From Dendrobates tinctorius (taxonomy: Eukaryota), in the NCBI RefSeq assembly GCF_039654945.1, contig NW_027361687.1, positions 35,216,001-35,280,000 of the forward strand: a DNA stretch of 64,000 nucleotides. The letters run 5' to 3'. The translations under genes were made by a program, and so were the position numbers. How positions within the stretch are numbered: the stretch's first letter is position 1; every line of letters starts with the position of its first letter. A model generated the notes under the pieces. The model saw only the letters and a list, made by a program, of their open reading frames with translations. It made no database searches and had not been told where the DNA came from. Of the stretch, positions 14,101-25,929 are shown in pieces.

Positions 14101-17100
14101 TCTATAACAATTATAAGACAATAGTAAAACCTATTGAATAATAATATAATAATAATATTTATTTTTATATAGCGCTAACATATTCCGCAGCGCTTTACAG
14201 TTTGCACACATTATCATCACTGTCCCCGGTGGGGCTCACAATCTAAATTCCCTATCAGTATGTCTTTAGAGTGTGGAAGGAAACCGGAGTACCCGGAGGA
14301 AACCCACGCAAACACGGGGAGAACATACAAACTCCTTGCAGATGTTGTCCTTGGTGGGAACCCAGGACCCACTGAGCCACCGTGCTGCCCTAAATTGAAG
14401 TAATGAAAACAAAACCAATATAAGAATAATATAACACTGATAATCCCTGATTGTGGAGGGGGTTGTGGACACTTTGGGAGCACCTCTAATACAGATTTTG
14501 TTTTGCGACTTCCAGTGATTATGTCGGAGGACGCCCTGATGGCGAGGCGTGAGCTGAGGCTGAGGAAGAAGCAGGAACGTCTGCAGAGGATACAGAGGGT
14601 GGCAGAGGTGGGATCCCTGACCGAAGAGCAGAAGCAGCTGATAGCGATCCTGATCAAGGCTCACCAGAAGCACTTTGACTCCAGTCTGGAAAATTTTGTG
14701 GATTACAGGGTACTGCATCTAAACCCATGTTTGATACAGGCAACTGAGCTTTGTATATAATCTTATAATGTAATGTGCGCAGTGGTTTGTGCATAATATA
14801 ATCCCTTGGTCGCCGCTGGGTGCACAATATATGGTAATCCATGAGTGGCCAGTGGGTGTATGATAGAAATCTTGAGTGGCCGATGGGAGTGTAACATAAT
14901 CCGTTGAGTGGCCGGTGGGTGTATATTATATTCCCCAGGTGGCCGGTGGGTGTATATTATATTCCCCAGGTGGCCGCTGGGTGTATATTATATTCCCCAG
15001 GTGGCCGCTGGGTGTATAATATAATCCCTGGGTGACCAGTGGTTCTATATTATATTCCCCAGGTGGCCGCTGGGTGTATAATATAATCCCTGGGTGACCA
15101 GTGGTTCTATATTATATTCCCCAGGTGGCCGCTGGGTGTATAATATAATCCCTGGGTGACCAGTGGTTGTATATTATATTCCCCAGGTGGCCGCTGGGTG
15201 TATAATATAATCCCTGGGTGACTGGTGGGTGTATATTATATTCCCCAGGTGGCCGCTGGGTGTATAATATAATCCCTGGGTGACTGGTGGGTGTACATTA
15301 TATTCCCCAGGTGGCCGCTGGGTGTATAATATAATCCCTGGGTGACCAGTGGGTGTACATTATATTCCCCAGGTGGCCGCTGGGTGTATAATATAATCCC
15401 TGGGTGACCGGTGGTTGTATATTATATTCCCCAGGTGGCCGCTGGGTGTATAATATAATCCCTGGGTGACTGGTGGGTGTATATTATATTCCCCAGGTGG
15501 CCGCTGGGTGTATAATATAATCCCTGGGTGACTGGTGGGTGTATATTATATTCCCCAGGTGGCCGCTGGGTGTATAATATAATCCCTGGGTGACCAGTGG
15601 TTGTATATTATATTCCCCAGGTGGCCGCTGGGTGTATAATATAATCCCTGGGTGACTGGTGGGTGTATATTATATTCCCCAGGTGGCCGCTGGGTGTATA
15701 ATATAATCCCTGGGTGACTGGTGGGTGTATATTATATTCCCCAGGTGGCCGCTGGGTGTATAATATAATCCCTGGGTGACTGGTGGGTGTATATTATATT
15801 CCCTGGGTGGCCGGTGGGTGTACACACTAGCAGGGGGTGAGCAGGTCTCTACACATCCGGTTTATCCTCCTGCTATTTTGCAGCTTCTCTCAGGACGACC
15901 TTTGTGACTTCGCAGATATGTAATCAGTAACCAGGAGCAATATCCTGCCAGGGACATAATGTACACATTGGTGTCATTCAGGGCAACCTCGGCCAGATGG
16001 GACCGGATTATTGGATGCCATCATGTGACTCATTGGCTGCAGCCAGTCATATAAAATGCCCCTGCCCCTCATTAACAGCCCACCCTAAGGGGGAAAATCA
16101 TCTGACATTCTTTGGGTTAATTCACACATAGCTATCCCATGGACACGTAGATATTTCGGCAGACATTACCTCTTTCTGCACGTTCTCCTTTACAGTTCAC
16201 TACCTGGGCTACAGGGGGCAGATATGTTTACAGGTAGAGGTAATGTAAGGTCATTGGCATTCAAACAACGCCATCTAGTGGATGTGAAGCAGTACTGTCT
16301 TTGTGTCTTCCCTCCAGCCACAGCCCATTATAAAGGTCGACTGGGACAACTACGATGTGCAGCAGTCATCGTCCATCTCACCTGACTCTAGTCCGGGGGG
16401 CATGGAGCAGAGTCCCACCTCAAAGCACGTGATCGGTTACGTCATCGGGGACAACATGACGAAGCTTCCACATTTTGCAGATCTGAGCACTTACATGATT
16501 CAACAAGTTATCCAATTTGCTAAAGAGATCCCAGTCTTTAAGTGAGTACATACACGGCGGGGGCAGAAGAGCGAGGGTAGCTCTGGAATCCGTTGCTCCA
16601 TTTGCCATATTTGTCTTTTCTCAGATCTTTATCTATAGACGATCAGATCTCGCTGCTGAAAGGAGCCACCATGGAGGTCTCCCATCTACAATTTAACACC
16701 GTCTTTAATCTGGAGACCAAGATCTGGGAGTTCGGGCGTCTGAAACTGAGTATAGAGCACGGCGAGAGGAGTAAGTGACGACTGGCAGGGGTCCTGGTCA
16801 CACTGGGGGGGTCTCTATGGCGGGTATCATTGCAGCTCGCCTTCAAATAGTCATCTAAAAATGATGAATAATTTTAGCTAAATAGGGGTTCTTAAAGGGG
16901 CAGCAGTGCTGTTAGATACAACGCCCCCTGGCGGCGGGTCTCTGATGCTGATTTTTCGTACTCAGCCGGGTTTCAGCGCATATTTTTGGAGCCGTTACTG
17001 AAATTTCACATCACTCTCCGGACGTTAAAGCTTCATGAGGCCGAGTACGTCCTGATGCAGGCGCTGGCGCTCTTCTCCCCAGGTATGTGACTTGGCAGCA

Positions 17101-17604
17101 CAGAGGAGGGGGGGGGGTCCAGTGGTCAGACCCCACTAATCCAGTCCACCCCACCATCTCTCCACAGACCGGCCAGGCGTCATCGAACACAGCCACATTG
17201 ATAAGATCCAGGAGAACATGGCCATGACCCTCAAATGTTACATCGATTACCACCACCAGCTTCCGGGCAGCAGGTAACACGCCTCCCCCACCTATATTGA
17301 GGGGAGAGTGACAAGATGGAGGCATTAGCGATACATACCCCCATCCTCAGGCCGTGCCATAGTTACATTGGTTGCCGCCCCCTTTACTACCAAACTTCCA
17401 ATCACGGTGCCATTATTACAGTTCAGGGGCGGGGCTGTGACATTATAACGTGTTGGCTCCTCCCCCAGGTTCCTGTTTGCGAAGCTGCTGTCCATGTTGG
17501 CCGAGCTGCGCACCCTGAACGAGGAGAACGCCAAGCAGATGGTTCACATCCAGAATGTGATGGAGGACGCCATGACGCCACTGATGAAGGAGATATTCAG
17601 CTGA
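5105..17604 (+). CDS. NR1I3: Nuclear receptor NR1I3 (constitutive androstane receptor, CAR), 8 coding exons, 433 aa
   Basis: Exons 5105-5352, 12369-12499, 14516-14709, 16318-16541, 16625-16770, 16966-17082, 17168-17273, 17469-17604. All introns are GT-AG and phase-consistent (1302 nt). C4 zinc fingers with P-box CEGCKG and D-box CPFTRSC; ligand-binding domain [37 protein letters not shown]; short AF-2 tail TPLMKEIFS*. Exon sizes 131 and 146 and tail-to-tail adjacency to TOMM40L favour CAR over PXR or VDR. Confidence 0.9.
5635..6295. repeat. Degenerate AT-rich tandem repeat (ATTACATTGTGGTAGATTACGGTATA-like)
   Basis: Repeated motif that resumes at ~9510-9705 and ~11147-12310, so one array split by insertions. 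Confidence 0.8.
6594..6924. mobile_element. Foldback MITE (hAT-like termini TAGGGTTGA...TCAACCCTG)
   Basis: Imperfect inverted arms of ~150 bp around a short spacer. No clear TSD. Confidence 0.75.
6964..8575 (+). mobile_element. Near full-length Tc1 transposon
   Basis: TA-CAGCTCTGCCAAAAATTAAGAGACCACTGCA ... TGCAGTGGTCTCTTAATTTTTGCCAGAGCTG-TA, 1612 bp, containing a transposase frame. Confidence 0.95.
7279..8256 (+). pseudogene. Tc1 DD34E transposase, start codon damaged and C-terminus frameshifted
   Basis: Motifs [18 protein letters not shown] and [11 protein letters not shown], with 34 residues between the second D and the E. The ORF starts at TTG and the frame diverges after ~8150. Confidence 0.9.
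9708..11146. mobile_element. Non-autonomous Tc1 element with ~230 bp TIRs
   Basis: TA-CAGTTAGGTCCATAT... and ...ATATGGGCCTAACTG-TA with long inverted ends. It hosts the palindromic MITE at 10245-10742. Confidence 0.9.
10245..10742. mobile_element. PIF/Harbinger MITE, a 498 bp near-perfect palindrome
   Basis: TTA-GGCCGGTTTCACACTAGCG ... CGCTAGTGTGAAACCGGCC-TTA (3 bp TTA TSD). The arms are reverse complements up to a centre at ~10493. Confidence 0.92.
11147..12310. repeat. Degenerate AT-rich tandem repeat (GGTACAGTATATTACAGTATGGTAGATTACGGTATATTA-like)
   Basis: Continuation of the array at 5635-6295. Confidence 0.8.
13230..14150. repeat. A-rich low-complexity tract
   Basis: About 900 bp, almost all A and T with a strong excess of A on +. 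Contains a SINE fragment at 13861-13960. Confidence 0.85.
13861..13960 (+). mobile_element. 5'-truncated V-SINE copy
   Basis: AAAGACATACTGATAGGGAACTTAGATTGTGACCCCCATCGGGGACAG...TGTAAAGCGTTGTGGAATTAATGGCGCT is the reverse complement of the 3' half of the SINE at 14140-14390. Confidence 0.75.
14140..14390 (-). mobile_element. tRNA-derived V-SINE
   Basis: On the minus strand it begins GGGCAGCACGGTGGCTCAGTGG (A box) and contains the V-domain GAGTTTGTATGTTCTCCCCGTGTTTGCGTGGGTTTCCTCCGGGTACTCCGGTTTCC. It ends in an L2-like tail and (ATT)n. Confidence 0.85.
14900..15822. repeat. Minisatellite, 62 bp dimer of two ~31 bp monomers
   Basis: GTGGCCGCTGGGTGTATAATATAATCCCTGGGTGACTGGTGGGTGTATATTATATTCCCCAG recurs with period 62 (e.g. 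15001 and 15063). Confidence 0.95.
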
Positions 17605-19151
17605 GGGACCACCTGGGCCGGTCACATGATGCACAAACAACTCCAAAACCAGTGTTATCACATTGAGGGTCCAAGCCATCTGGACGCCTCACCATGGAAA
17701 TCTAGCAAGTGCTCTCTGCTATCAGCCACTTTCTACACATATTCTGGAGGTAGAGACTTATTCCCAACAGACATCACTGTGATTCATCCAATCAGATCTG
17801 TAAGATCAGATCTGCAATCTACCATGTACATAGAGAGACATTGATGTATCTGGCACTAATTGATCATCTGCCCCTTTAATTGGTCACCACCAGAGGCCAG
17901 TGACAGCTTCCATCACTGACCATTATGCACTATAACTGGTGACGAAGGCCAAGTGTGCTCTGCTGCCCCCATCATGGGCAGGAGGCTGCGGAGCATTGGT
18001 ACACTTTACTGCAGTATACAAAGCTTTACGAGGGGGTAAGAAAAAAAAAAATCATTTTATAATAATTTGTAATTCTGTAATTATATTTCTCTGGGATCCG
18101 CCAATTAAAACAAGGCCACGCCCCTGACTCAGAGTCATATGATTCACCAGGTCTGGGAACCTTTTTATAGATAACAGCACTTATAGTAAATGTGGAATTC
18201 TGCTGCCATCTGGTGTCCGGAAAGCAGTAGTACACCACCTGAATAGCACAGCTCACATTGGAATCATCATCTAGCCATGTTTCATTTCTATACCTGTGCC
18301 AAGACCCGGCCTGGCCATAAGACAAATCTGGCACATGCCAGGCAGCCCACATCGGCCTGAAAAAAAGCATCCGCAGGGCAGCTGTAGCAGTGTACAGAGG
18401 GATAAGCTTCCTGCTATACTCCTTATACCAGCAGGACTATTGGAGGCCACTGCCATTCAGGAGACGTCAGACAGCGTGATGACATCACTGCATTGTGCCC
18501 CTCATACCGGCCCACTGGGAGACAAGCCAGTAGAGAAGGCGACTGCGGTGGACAGGGAACGAGGATTGTGAAAATAAGAGCATTTTTCTTTATTATCGCT
18601 ATGAGACACAAGGATCGAGGGTGAGGATGCACACCGCGCACAGGGGAGTACAACATGCATGGAGGGGGGAGATAGGCACCAATTAGCACTCTGAAGTGTC
18701 AGCATCTTTCTCTATCATTACTAGTTTGGGGTACAATGGAGAACTTGGAGTCTCCCTATATTACATCCAGTGTTGCAGACGCTGCTGAAAGAACACAAGG
18801 GAGGCCGGTGTCTGGTAAAATTTGGCTTTATAAACGTGGACAGCGCCTCTTACAGGGTGCACTGATCTCCTGCAATATAACAACTAACAAACACCATCTA
18901 CATGGAAATGAGGAAGAGTGCAGCCTCGGGACCTGTACGTGACCCCTGGGTATCCAGAGACCCGAGCAGTGGAGGGTGACAGAGTGGATGAGGCCCTGAG
19001 AATTACCCCTGTGCTAGGCGTGCAGTGCATTGTCTTAACATCGGGGGCAGCATCGTCCAGTGCTCCAACAGACCAACAAAAGTTTATATAGACCGGACAG
19101 GACCTCCGAAGAAGGAAGGTGGGGGAGTGAGAGTTATCTGTCCGTCCATCA

Positions 19152-22100
19152 TCATCCCACCAAGATGCTGAACCCACAATGAAATTTATTTTTCCAGTGG
19201 TTCATAAAAGCCCCAAGGGCCAAGGTGAGGGGGAGAGGGGGCAGCCTCTTCTCCAAGACCCCCCCCACACACCAAGAACTGTCCACCGTCCCTTTAAATA
19301 CCATGTTTGCCTTCGGGACATCCAGGTGATATCCAAAGGCAAAGGACGTCTCCTGCAGACGAGTGTTCGCCTCAAACTCCACCCCGAGCCGGATCTGAGG
19401 GAAGAAACGGCACGTTACAGGTATAATGTACGATCCATAATACAATGGACCGGATCTCTCGGGTCAGCGGCTCCTCGTACGTCACCGCCGCCGCTGTGCA
19501 GGGGTCAGTCTCACCTGCTCGTTGGCTCTATGATAGTAGCTGGCGTGGGCTCCGCCGTACCCAATATTCAGAGTTGCCACCCAATCCTGAGCTACAGGGA
19601 AACACAAGAAGAAGGTCACTGACAACTGTGGCTTCACACACAGAAGCTCTTAAAACTATGTCCGAGGCACAAGTCTGACAGTCCGGGCTAGTCCACTGGA
19701 AATCCAACATTCCAGAATGACCTGGAAATCTGGACCAAGTGACACATGGTGAGACTGATGCTGGTCCGGTCCAATCAGTGGGACGATGTCACAACAAACA
19801 CCTCAGAAAAAAGGTGTAAGCCAAACATCTGATAGGTATCCTCCAGTCACACCGCTCAACCCCTCCAGCCGCACCCAGAGCCGCAGCGCTCCTCACCACC
19901 TCCAGCCACCGCTGCCAGAGCCGCACTCCACCCCCTTCAGATGCCCCCAGAGCCATTGCCACGCTCCTCACCCCCTCCATCCACCTCTAGAACCGCCTCC
20001 ACGCTCCTCACCACCTCCAGCTGCTACCAGAACTTTCACGCTCCTTACTCCCTCAAGCCGCACCCAGAGCAGAGGCGCTTCTCACCCCCTCCAGCCGCCT
20101 CCCCCAGAGCCACGCTCCTCACCCCCCCCTCCAGAGCTACTGCGCTCCTCACCCCTTTCAGCCTCCCGCAGAGCTGCTGCACTTCTCACCCCCTCCAACC
20201 ACCCCCAGAGCCACCGCCGCACTCCTCACACCCTCCTGCCGCCACCACGCTCCTCACCCCCTTCAGCTGCCCCAAAAGCAGCCACTGCACTCGCCGACCC
20301 CAGAGCCGCTGCCACGCTCCTCACCCCCTCCAGCTGCCCCCAGAGCCATCATCACGCTCCGCACTCACTCCAGATGCTCCCAGAGCCGCCGATTCACTCC
20401 TCACCTCTTCCAGATGCCACCAGAGCCGCCGACACACTCCTCAAGCCGCACCCAAAGCAGCCACGCTCCTCACCCCCTCCAGCCGCTGCCAGAGCCATCT
20501 CCACGCTCGCCAGCCCCAGAGCCGCCGCAGTGCTCCTCACCCCCTCCAGCCGCCCCCAGAGCTGCCGTGCTCCTCACCCACCGAAGCCACCCCCAGAGCC
20601 ACTGCAGCGCTCCTCACCCCCTGCAACCACCATCAGAACCGCCGCCACGCTCATCACTCCCTTAAACCGCACCCAGAGCCACAGCGTTCCTCACCCCCTC
20701 CAGCTGCTGCTGCCATCGCAGTGCTCCTCACCCCCTCCAACCATCGCCGGAGCCGTCTCCACGCTCGCTCCTCACCCCCTCCAGCCGCTGCCAGCGCCGT
20801 CGAGCTCCTCACCCTCTCCAAATGCCGTGCTTCTCACTTCCTCAAGCCGCACCCAGTCGCCACGCTCCTCACCCCTCTGCAGCTGCCGCACCCAGAGCAG
20901 CACTCCTCACCCCCTCTAGTCACCTCCACGCTTGCCACCCCCAGAGCCATCGCGCTCCTCACCCCCTCCAGCCGCTGCTAGAGCCGTCGCACTCTTCACC
21001 CTCTCCAGCTGCCGTGCTCTTCAATCCCCTCCAGCCAACCCCAGAGCTGCCTCTCTCCTCACCCCCTCCAACCGCACCCAGAGCCGTCGCGCTCCTCAAC
21101 ATTTACAGCTGTGCCCAGAGCCACCTGCCATGGTCCTCATCCCCTTCAGCCGCCCCCATGCTCCTCCCCACCTCCATCGGCCAACGCACTCCTCCTCATT
21201 ACCTCCAGCCCCGTCCAGAAATGCAGCCATGTTCCTCACTCCCTCCAGCCACCCCCAAGTGCTGCCGCCACGCTCTCTCTTCACTCCTCATCCACTCCAG
21301 CCACCCCCAGAGCCACCGCCATCCTGCCTCATCCCCTCCAGAGCTGTCGCCATGCTCGCTCCTCACTCCTCATCCCCTCCAGCCGCCCCCTGAGCTACAC
21401 CATATATCTTACTGCATTATGTATTATCCTCCACTCACAACCAGTGCTGCATACATAAATAGTTTTCATGGTGTCAAAAAGATGTGATCTCTCGCATACT
21501 GAGACCAGAAGATCTGTAGCTGCAGCTTTGGATGCGAGTGGAGCATAAGACATAAGCACACCTCACGTGTCCCCGTACCGGAGTATTTTCCTGCTAAAGT
21601 CAGGATGGCCCCTTCCTCCGCCATCCGTTGGTGATAAACAAGTTCTCCGCCAAGGACCAGACGGGGAGTGATGCTCTGCAGGAAGTGCGTCACCAGGATC
21701 ACTGAGTACACAAAACGGGAGAGGAGATGCCATCACGAGACTTATACTAAGCGTCGCCCCCTGCTGGCCACTGACCTGTACACAATGATGGGATTGGATG
21801 GGGGTGACGACACAAGGGTCCGATTGGCCATGCGCAGACCACAAACCTGATTCATTGATGATGTCGGGGTTCCCCAGGGTCAGGGTCCCCGTACAGTCAT
21901 CTCCCCTATACTCCAGATCCACCTGCCACGTCAGAAACTTGGAATGATGTGTCTGCAGGAAAAATTCACAATGTCACCGGCATCATGGCCCCTATGATGC
22001 ACGCTGGGTGGGGGTCTGTTCCTGCAGCCTACCTGGAACACAGCCTTGGAGCGGATGCGTTCGGTCAATAGAAAGGCCGCCTGGGCATTGAGGCTTCCAG

Positions 22101-25100
22101 CATTGTCCAGGTCTCCAGTCAACAGAGGAAATGTCTGGAAGGAGAGAGACGTGGCGATGAATACAATGCGGCCTCCTGACTGGCCAGCACAGTGGTGGTC
22201 CGAGGGGTGGGGCGTACCTCACTGGCACCGGCCAGTACGTCTCCGATGTACTTGGCGTTGAAGTGATAACTGGAGAGGCCAATGGTGCTCATGTGTATCT
22301 GGTGGTTGACCTGTGGGCAGGAGAGGGTTAATTAGAGAGGACTCTGAGTGTGAGCTGAAAGACCTCTGCCAGCTGGGACAGGCAGGACTGGATACAACAA
22401 GCAAAAGCCCTCATGTATCAGATCCGGACTGTTCTCGTATACTGACAGGAAGCAGAGATCCTGAATGTGGAGAAGGAGAAAGGTCTATTGGAAGTTTGTC
22501 AGGTGTCAGATACCTGAAGGTGACTGCTGAGGGTCTTGTTGATGATGAGCTTCATCCCCTCCATCTGCTGCGGGAAAACCTCTGCTGGAGCAAGAGAGAC
22601 CGTAATACAGATCCCCGATAACCACAGGGGGACACTACTGAGCAATGCAGAGCCCCCACTACCACAGGAGGAACCCATTGAGCCAAGAAGAGCCCACGGT
22701 ACTAAAGGCGGACCCCGAGATCTAGGCTGAGCCCCCGTTTCCACAGGAAAAGTCCATGATACCATATAGAATGCCCTCACGAACCACAGGTAGAGTGAAC
22801 ATAACCTTCACAGAGCCCTCGGTACCACAGTGAGATCCCCATAATCTAGGCAGAGCCCTCGGTACCACAGTGAGATCCCTATAATCTAGGCAGAGCCCTC
22901 GGTACCACAGTGAGATCCCTATAATCTAGGCAGAGCCCTCGGTACCACAGTGAGATCCCTATAATCTAGGCAGAGCCCTCGGTACCACAGTGAGATCCCT
23001 ATAATCTAGGCAGAGCCCTCGGTACCACAGTGAGATCCCTATAAGGATTGTTTCACACTTCCGTTTTTTCAAATCCGTCAAAATCCGTTGTTTTCCGTAA
23101 AAAAACGGATCCGCCATTTTTTGCAGGATCCGTTTTTTTTGTCCCATAGACTTCCATTACGGTTACCGCGGATCCGTCAAAAAAACGGATCCGTTTTTAA
23201 AAAAACGGATCCGTTTGCATCAGTTTCCGTCAAAAAAAACGGAAACGGATCCGTTTGGCGGACACAAAAACGGAAGTGTGAAACAGGCCTAATCTAGGCA
23301 GAGCCCTCGGTACCACAGTGAGATCCCTATAATCTAGGCAGAGCCCTCGGTACCACAGTGAGATCCCTATAATCTAGGCAGAGCCCTCGGTACCACAGTG
23401 AGATCCCTATAATCTAGGCAGATCCCTCGGTACCACAGTGAGATCCCTATAATCTAGGCAGATCCCTCGGTACCACAGTGAGATCCCTATAATCTAGGCA
23501 GAGCCCTCGGTACCACAGTGAGATCCCTATAATCTAGGCAGAGCCCTCGGTATCACAGTGAGATCCCTATAATCTAGGCAGAGCCCTCGGTACCACAGTG
23601 AGATCCCTATAATCTAGGCAGAGCCCTCGGTACCACAGTGAGATCCCTATAATCTAGGCAGAGCCCTCGGTACCACAGTGAGATCCCTATAATCTAGGCA
23701 GAGCCCTCGGTACCACAGTGAGATCCCTATAATCTAGGCAGAGCCCTCGGTACCACAGTGAGATCCCTATAATCTAGGCAGAGCCCTCGGTACCACAGTG
23801 AGATCCCTATAATCTAGGCAGAGCCCTCGGTACCACAGTGAGATCCCTATAATCTAGGCAGAGCCCTCGGTACCACAGTGAGATCCCTATAATCTAGGCA
23901 GAGCCCTCGGTACCACAGTGAGATCCCTATAATCTAGGCAGAGCCCTCGGTACCACAGTGAGATCCCTATAATCTAGGCAGAGCCCTCGGTACCACAGTG
24001 AGATCCCTATAATCTAGGCAGAGCCCTCGGTACCACAGTGAGATCCCTATAATCTAGGCAGAGCCCTCGGTACCACAGTGAGATCCCTATAATCTAGGCA
24101 GAGCCCTCGGTACCACAGTGAGATCCCTATAATCTAGGCAGAGCCCTCGGTACTACAGTGTGAGCCCCATAATCTAGGCAGAGTCCTTGGTACCACAGTG
24201 AGATCCCTATAATCTAGGCAGAGTCCTTGGTACTACAGTGAGATCCCTATAATCTAGGCAGAGCCCTCGGTACCACAGTGAGATCCCTATAATCTAGGCA
24301 GAACCCTCATTATCACAGTGTGAGCCCCATAATCTAGGCAGAGTCCTTGGTACCACAGTGAGATCCCTATAATCTAGGCAGAGTCCTTGGTACTACAGTG
24401 AGATCCCTATAATCTAGGCAGAGCCCCCGGTACCACAGTGAGATCCCCATAATCTAGGCAGAGCCCTTGGTATTACAGTGAGAGCCCTATAATCTAGGCA
24501 GAACCCTCATTATCACAGTGTGAGCCCTATAATCTAGGCAGAGCCCCCGGTACCACAGTGAGATCCCTATAATCTAGGCAGAGCCCTCGGTACCACAGTG
24601 AGATCCCTATAATCTAGGCAGAGCCCTCGGTACCACAGTGAGATCCCTATAATCTAGGCAGAGCCCTCGGTACCACAGTGAGATCCCTATAATCTAGGCA
24701 GAGCCCCCGGTACCACAGTGAGATCCCCATAATCTAGGCAGAGCCCTTGGTATTACAGTGAGAGCCCTATAATCTAGGCAGAACCCTCATTATCACAGTG
24801 TGAGCCCTATAATCTAGGCAGAGCCCCCGGTACCACAGTGAGATCCCTATAATCTAGGCAGAGCCCTCGGTACCACAGTGAGATCCCTATAATCTAGGCA
24901 GAGCCCTCGGTACCACAGTGAGATCCCTATAATCTAGGCAGAGCCCTCGGTACCACAGTGAGATCCCTATAATCTAGGCAGAGCCCCCGGTACCACAGTG
25001 AGATCCCCATAATCTAGGCAGAGCCCTTGGTATTACAGTGAGAGCCCTATAATCTAGGCAGAACCCTCATTATCACAGTGTGAGCCCTATAATCTAGGCA

Positions 25101-25654
25101 GAGCCCCCGGTACCACAGTGAGATCCCTATAATCTAGGCAGAGCCCTCGGTACCACAGTGAGATCCCTATAATCTAGGCAGAGCCCTCGGTACCACAGTG
25201 AGATCCCTATAATCTAGGCAGAGCCCTCGGTACCACAGTGAGATCCCTATAATCTAGGCAGAGCCCTCGGTACCACAGTGAGATCCCTATAATCTAGGCA
25301 GAGCCCCCGGTACCTCAGTGAGATCCCCATAATCTAGGCAGAGCCCCCGGTACCACAGTGAGATCCCTATAATCTAGGCAGAGCCCCCGGTACCTCAGTG
25401 AGATCCCCATAATCTAGGCAGAGCCCCCGGTACCACAGTGAGATCCCCATAATCTAGGCAGAGCCCTCGGTACCTCAGTGAGAGCCCCATTATCAAGGCA
25501 GAGCCCCCTGTACTGTTGGGGGACCCCATAATCCGGCCACACCTTTACAGCTCCTGTGCAGCTCGTCGAAGCTCCCAGGGTTGGGCAGCACCGCTCGTCT
25601 CCGCCTCATCCACCAGGAGCCTCCGGGGGGTGACACAGCCAGGACGTTGCCCAT
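19152..25654 (-). CDS. TOMM40L: Mitochondrial outer-membrane import channel TOM40-like (TOM40B), 8 coding exons, 307 aa
   Basis: Minus-strand exons 25654-25543, 22581-22514, 22310-22218, 22134-22033, 21952-21847, 21701-21579, 19591-19515, 19394-19152 (924 nt, all GT-AG). Protein MGNVLA...[24 protein letters not shown]...[10 protein letters not shown]...[16 protein letters not shown]. The short N-terminus fits TOMM40L rather than TOMM40. Probable non-coding first exon ending at 25860 (GTGAGT donor); AATAAA on the minus strand at 18594-18589. Confidence 0.93.
19830..21395. repeat. Degenerate C-rich tandem repeat (CAGAGCCGCCACGCTCCTCACCCCCTCCAGCCGCCCC-like) in a TOMM40L intron
   Basis: Recurrent CTCCTCACCCCCTCCAGC and CCCAGAGCC motifs with a strong C skew on +. 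Confidence 0.9.
22810..25495. repeat. Homogeneous 40 bp minisatellite (CAGAGCCCTCGGTACCACAGTGAGATCCCTATAATCTAGG), about 60 units
   Basis: Near-identical units with period 40; variant blocks recur every 280 bp (24461, 24741, 25021). Interrupted by a MITE at 23045-23289. Confidence 0.97.
23045..23289. mobile_element. PIF/Harbinger MITE, 245 bp
   Basis: TAA-GGATTGTTTCACACTTCCGTTTT ... AAAACGGAAGTGTGAAACAGGCC-TAA. Removing it restores a perfect 40 bp unit. Internal AAACGGATCCGTTT palindromes. Confidence 0.92.
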
Positions 25655-25929
25655 GGCGGGGGATTGCTGGCCGCAGTCAATGTCGGGGGGCGCTGGGCTC
25701 AGGCTGATACTCACAGATGTGGGGTGGCCCCAACATTATCAGCGACACCTGAGAGGAGAAAAGCATCAGCTGGGCACACGGTCACCCCACAGGCATGTAG
25801 AAAGGGGGCACTAAATCCCTCATAACACATAAGCACGGCGGTCTGCACCCAGGACTCACCCCTGAGCCACCTGCTCCTCCTGTCACCAGACTCCTACTAT
25901 TCATATTACAAGCATGATGGCAGCCATTG

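Noticed and set aside
5105-17604. NR1I2 (PXR) or VDR identity
   Set aside because: D-box length, exon sizes, the short C-terminus and TOMM40L adjacency fit NR1I3 better.
19786-21487. Pro/Ser-rich ORFs of up to 377 aa
   Set aside because: Translations of a C-rich intronic repeat antisense to TOMM40L.
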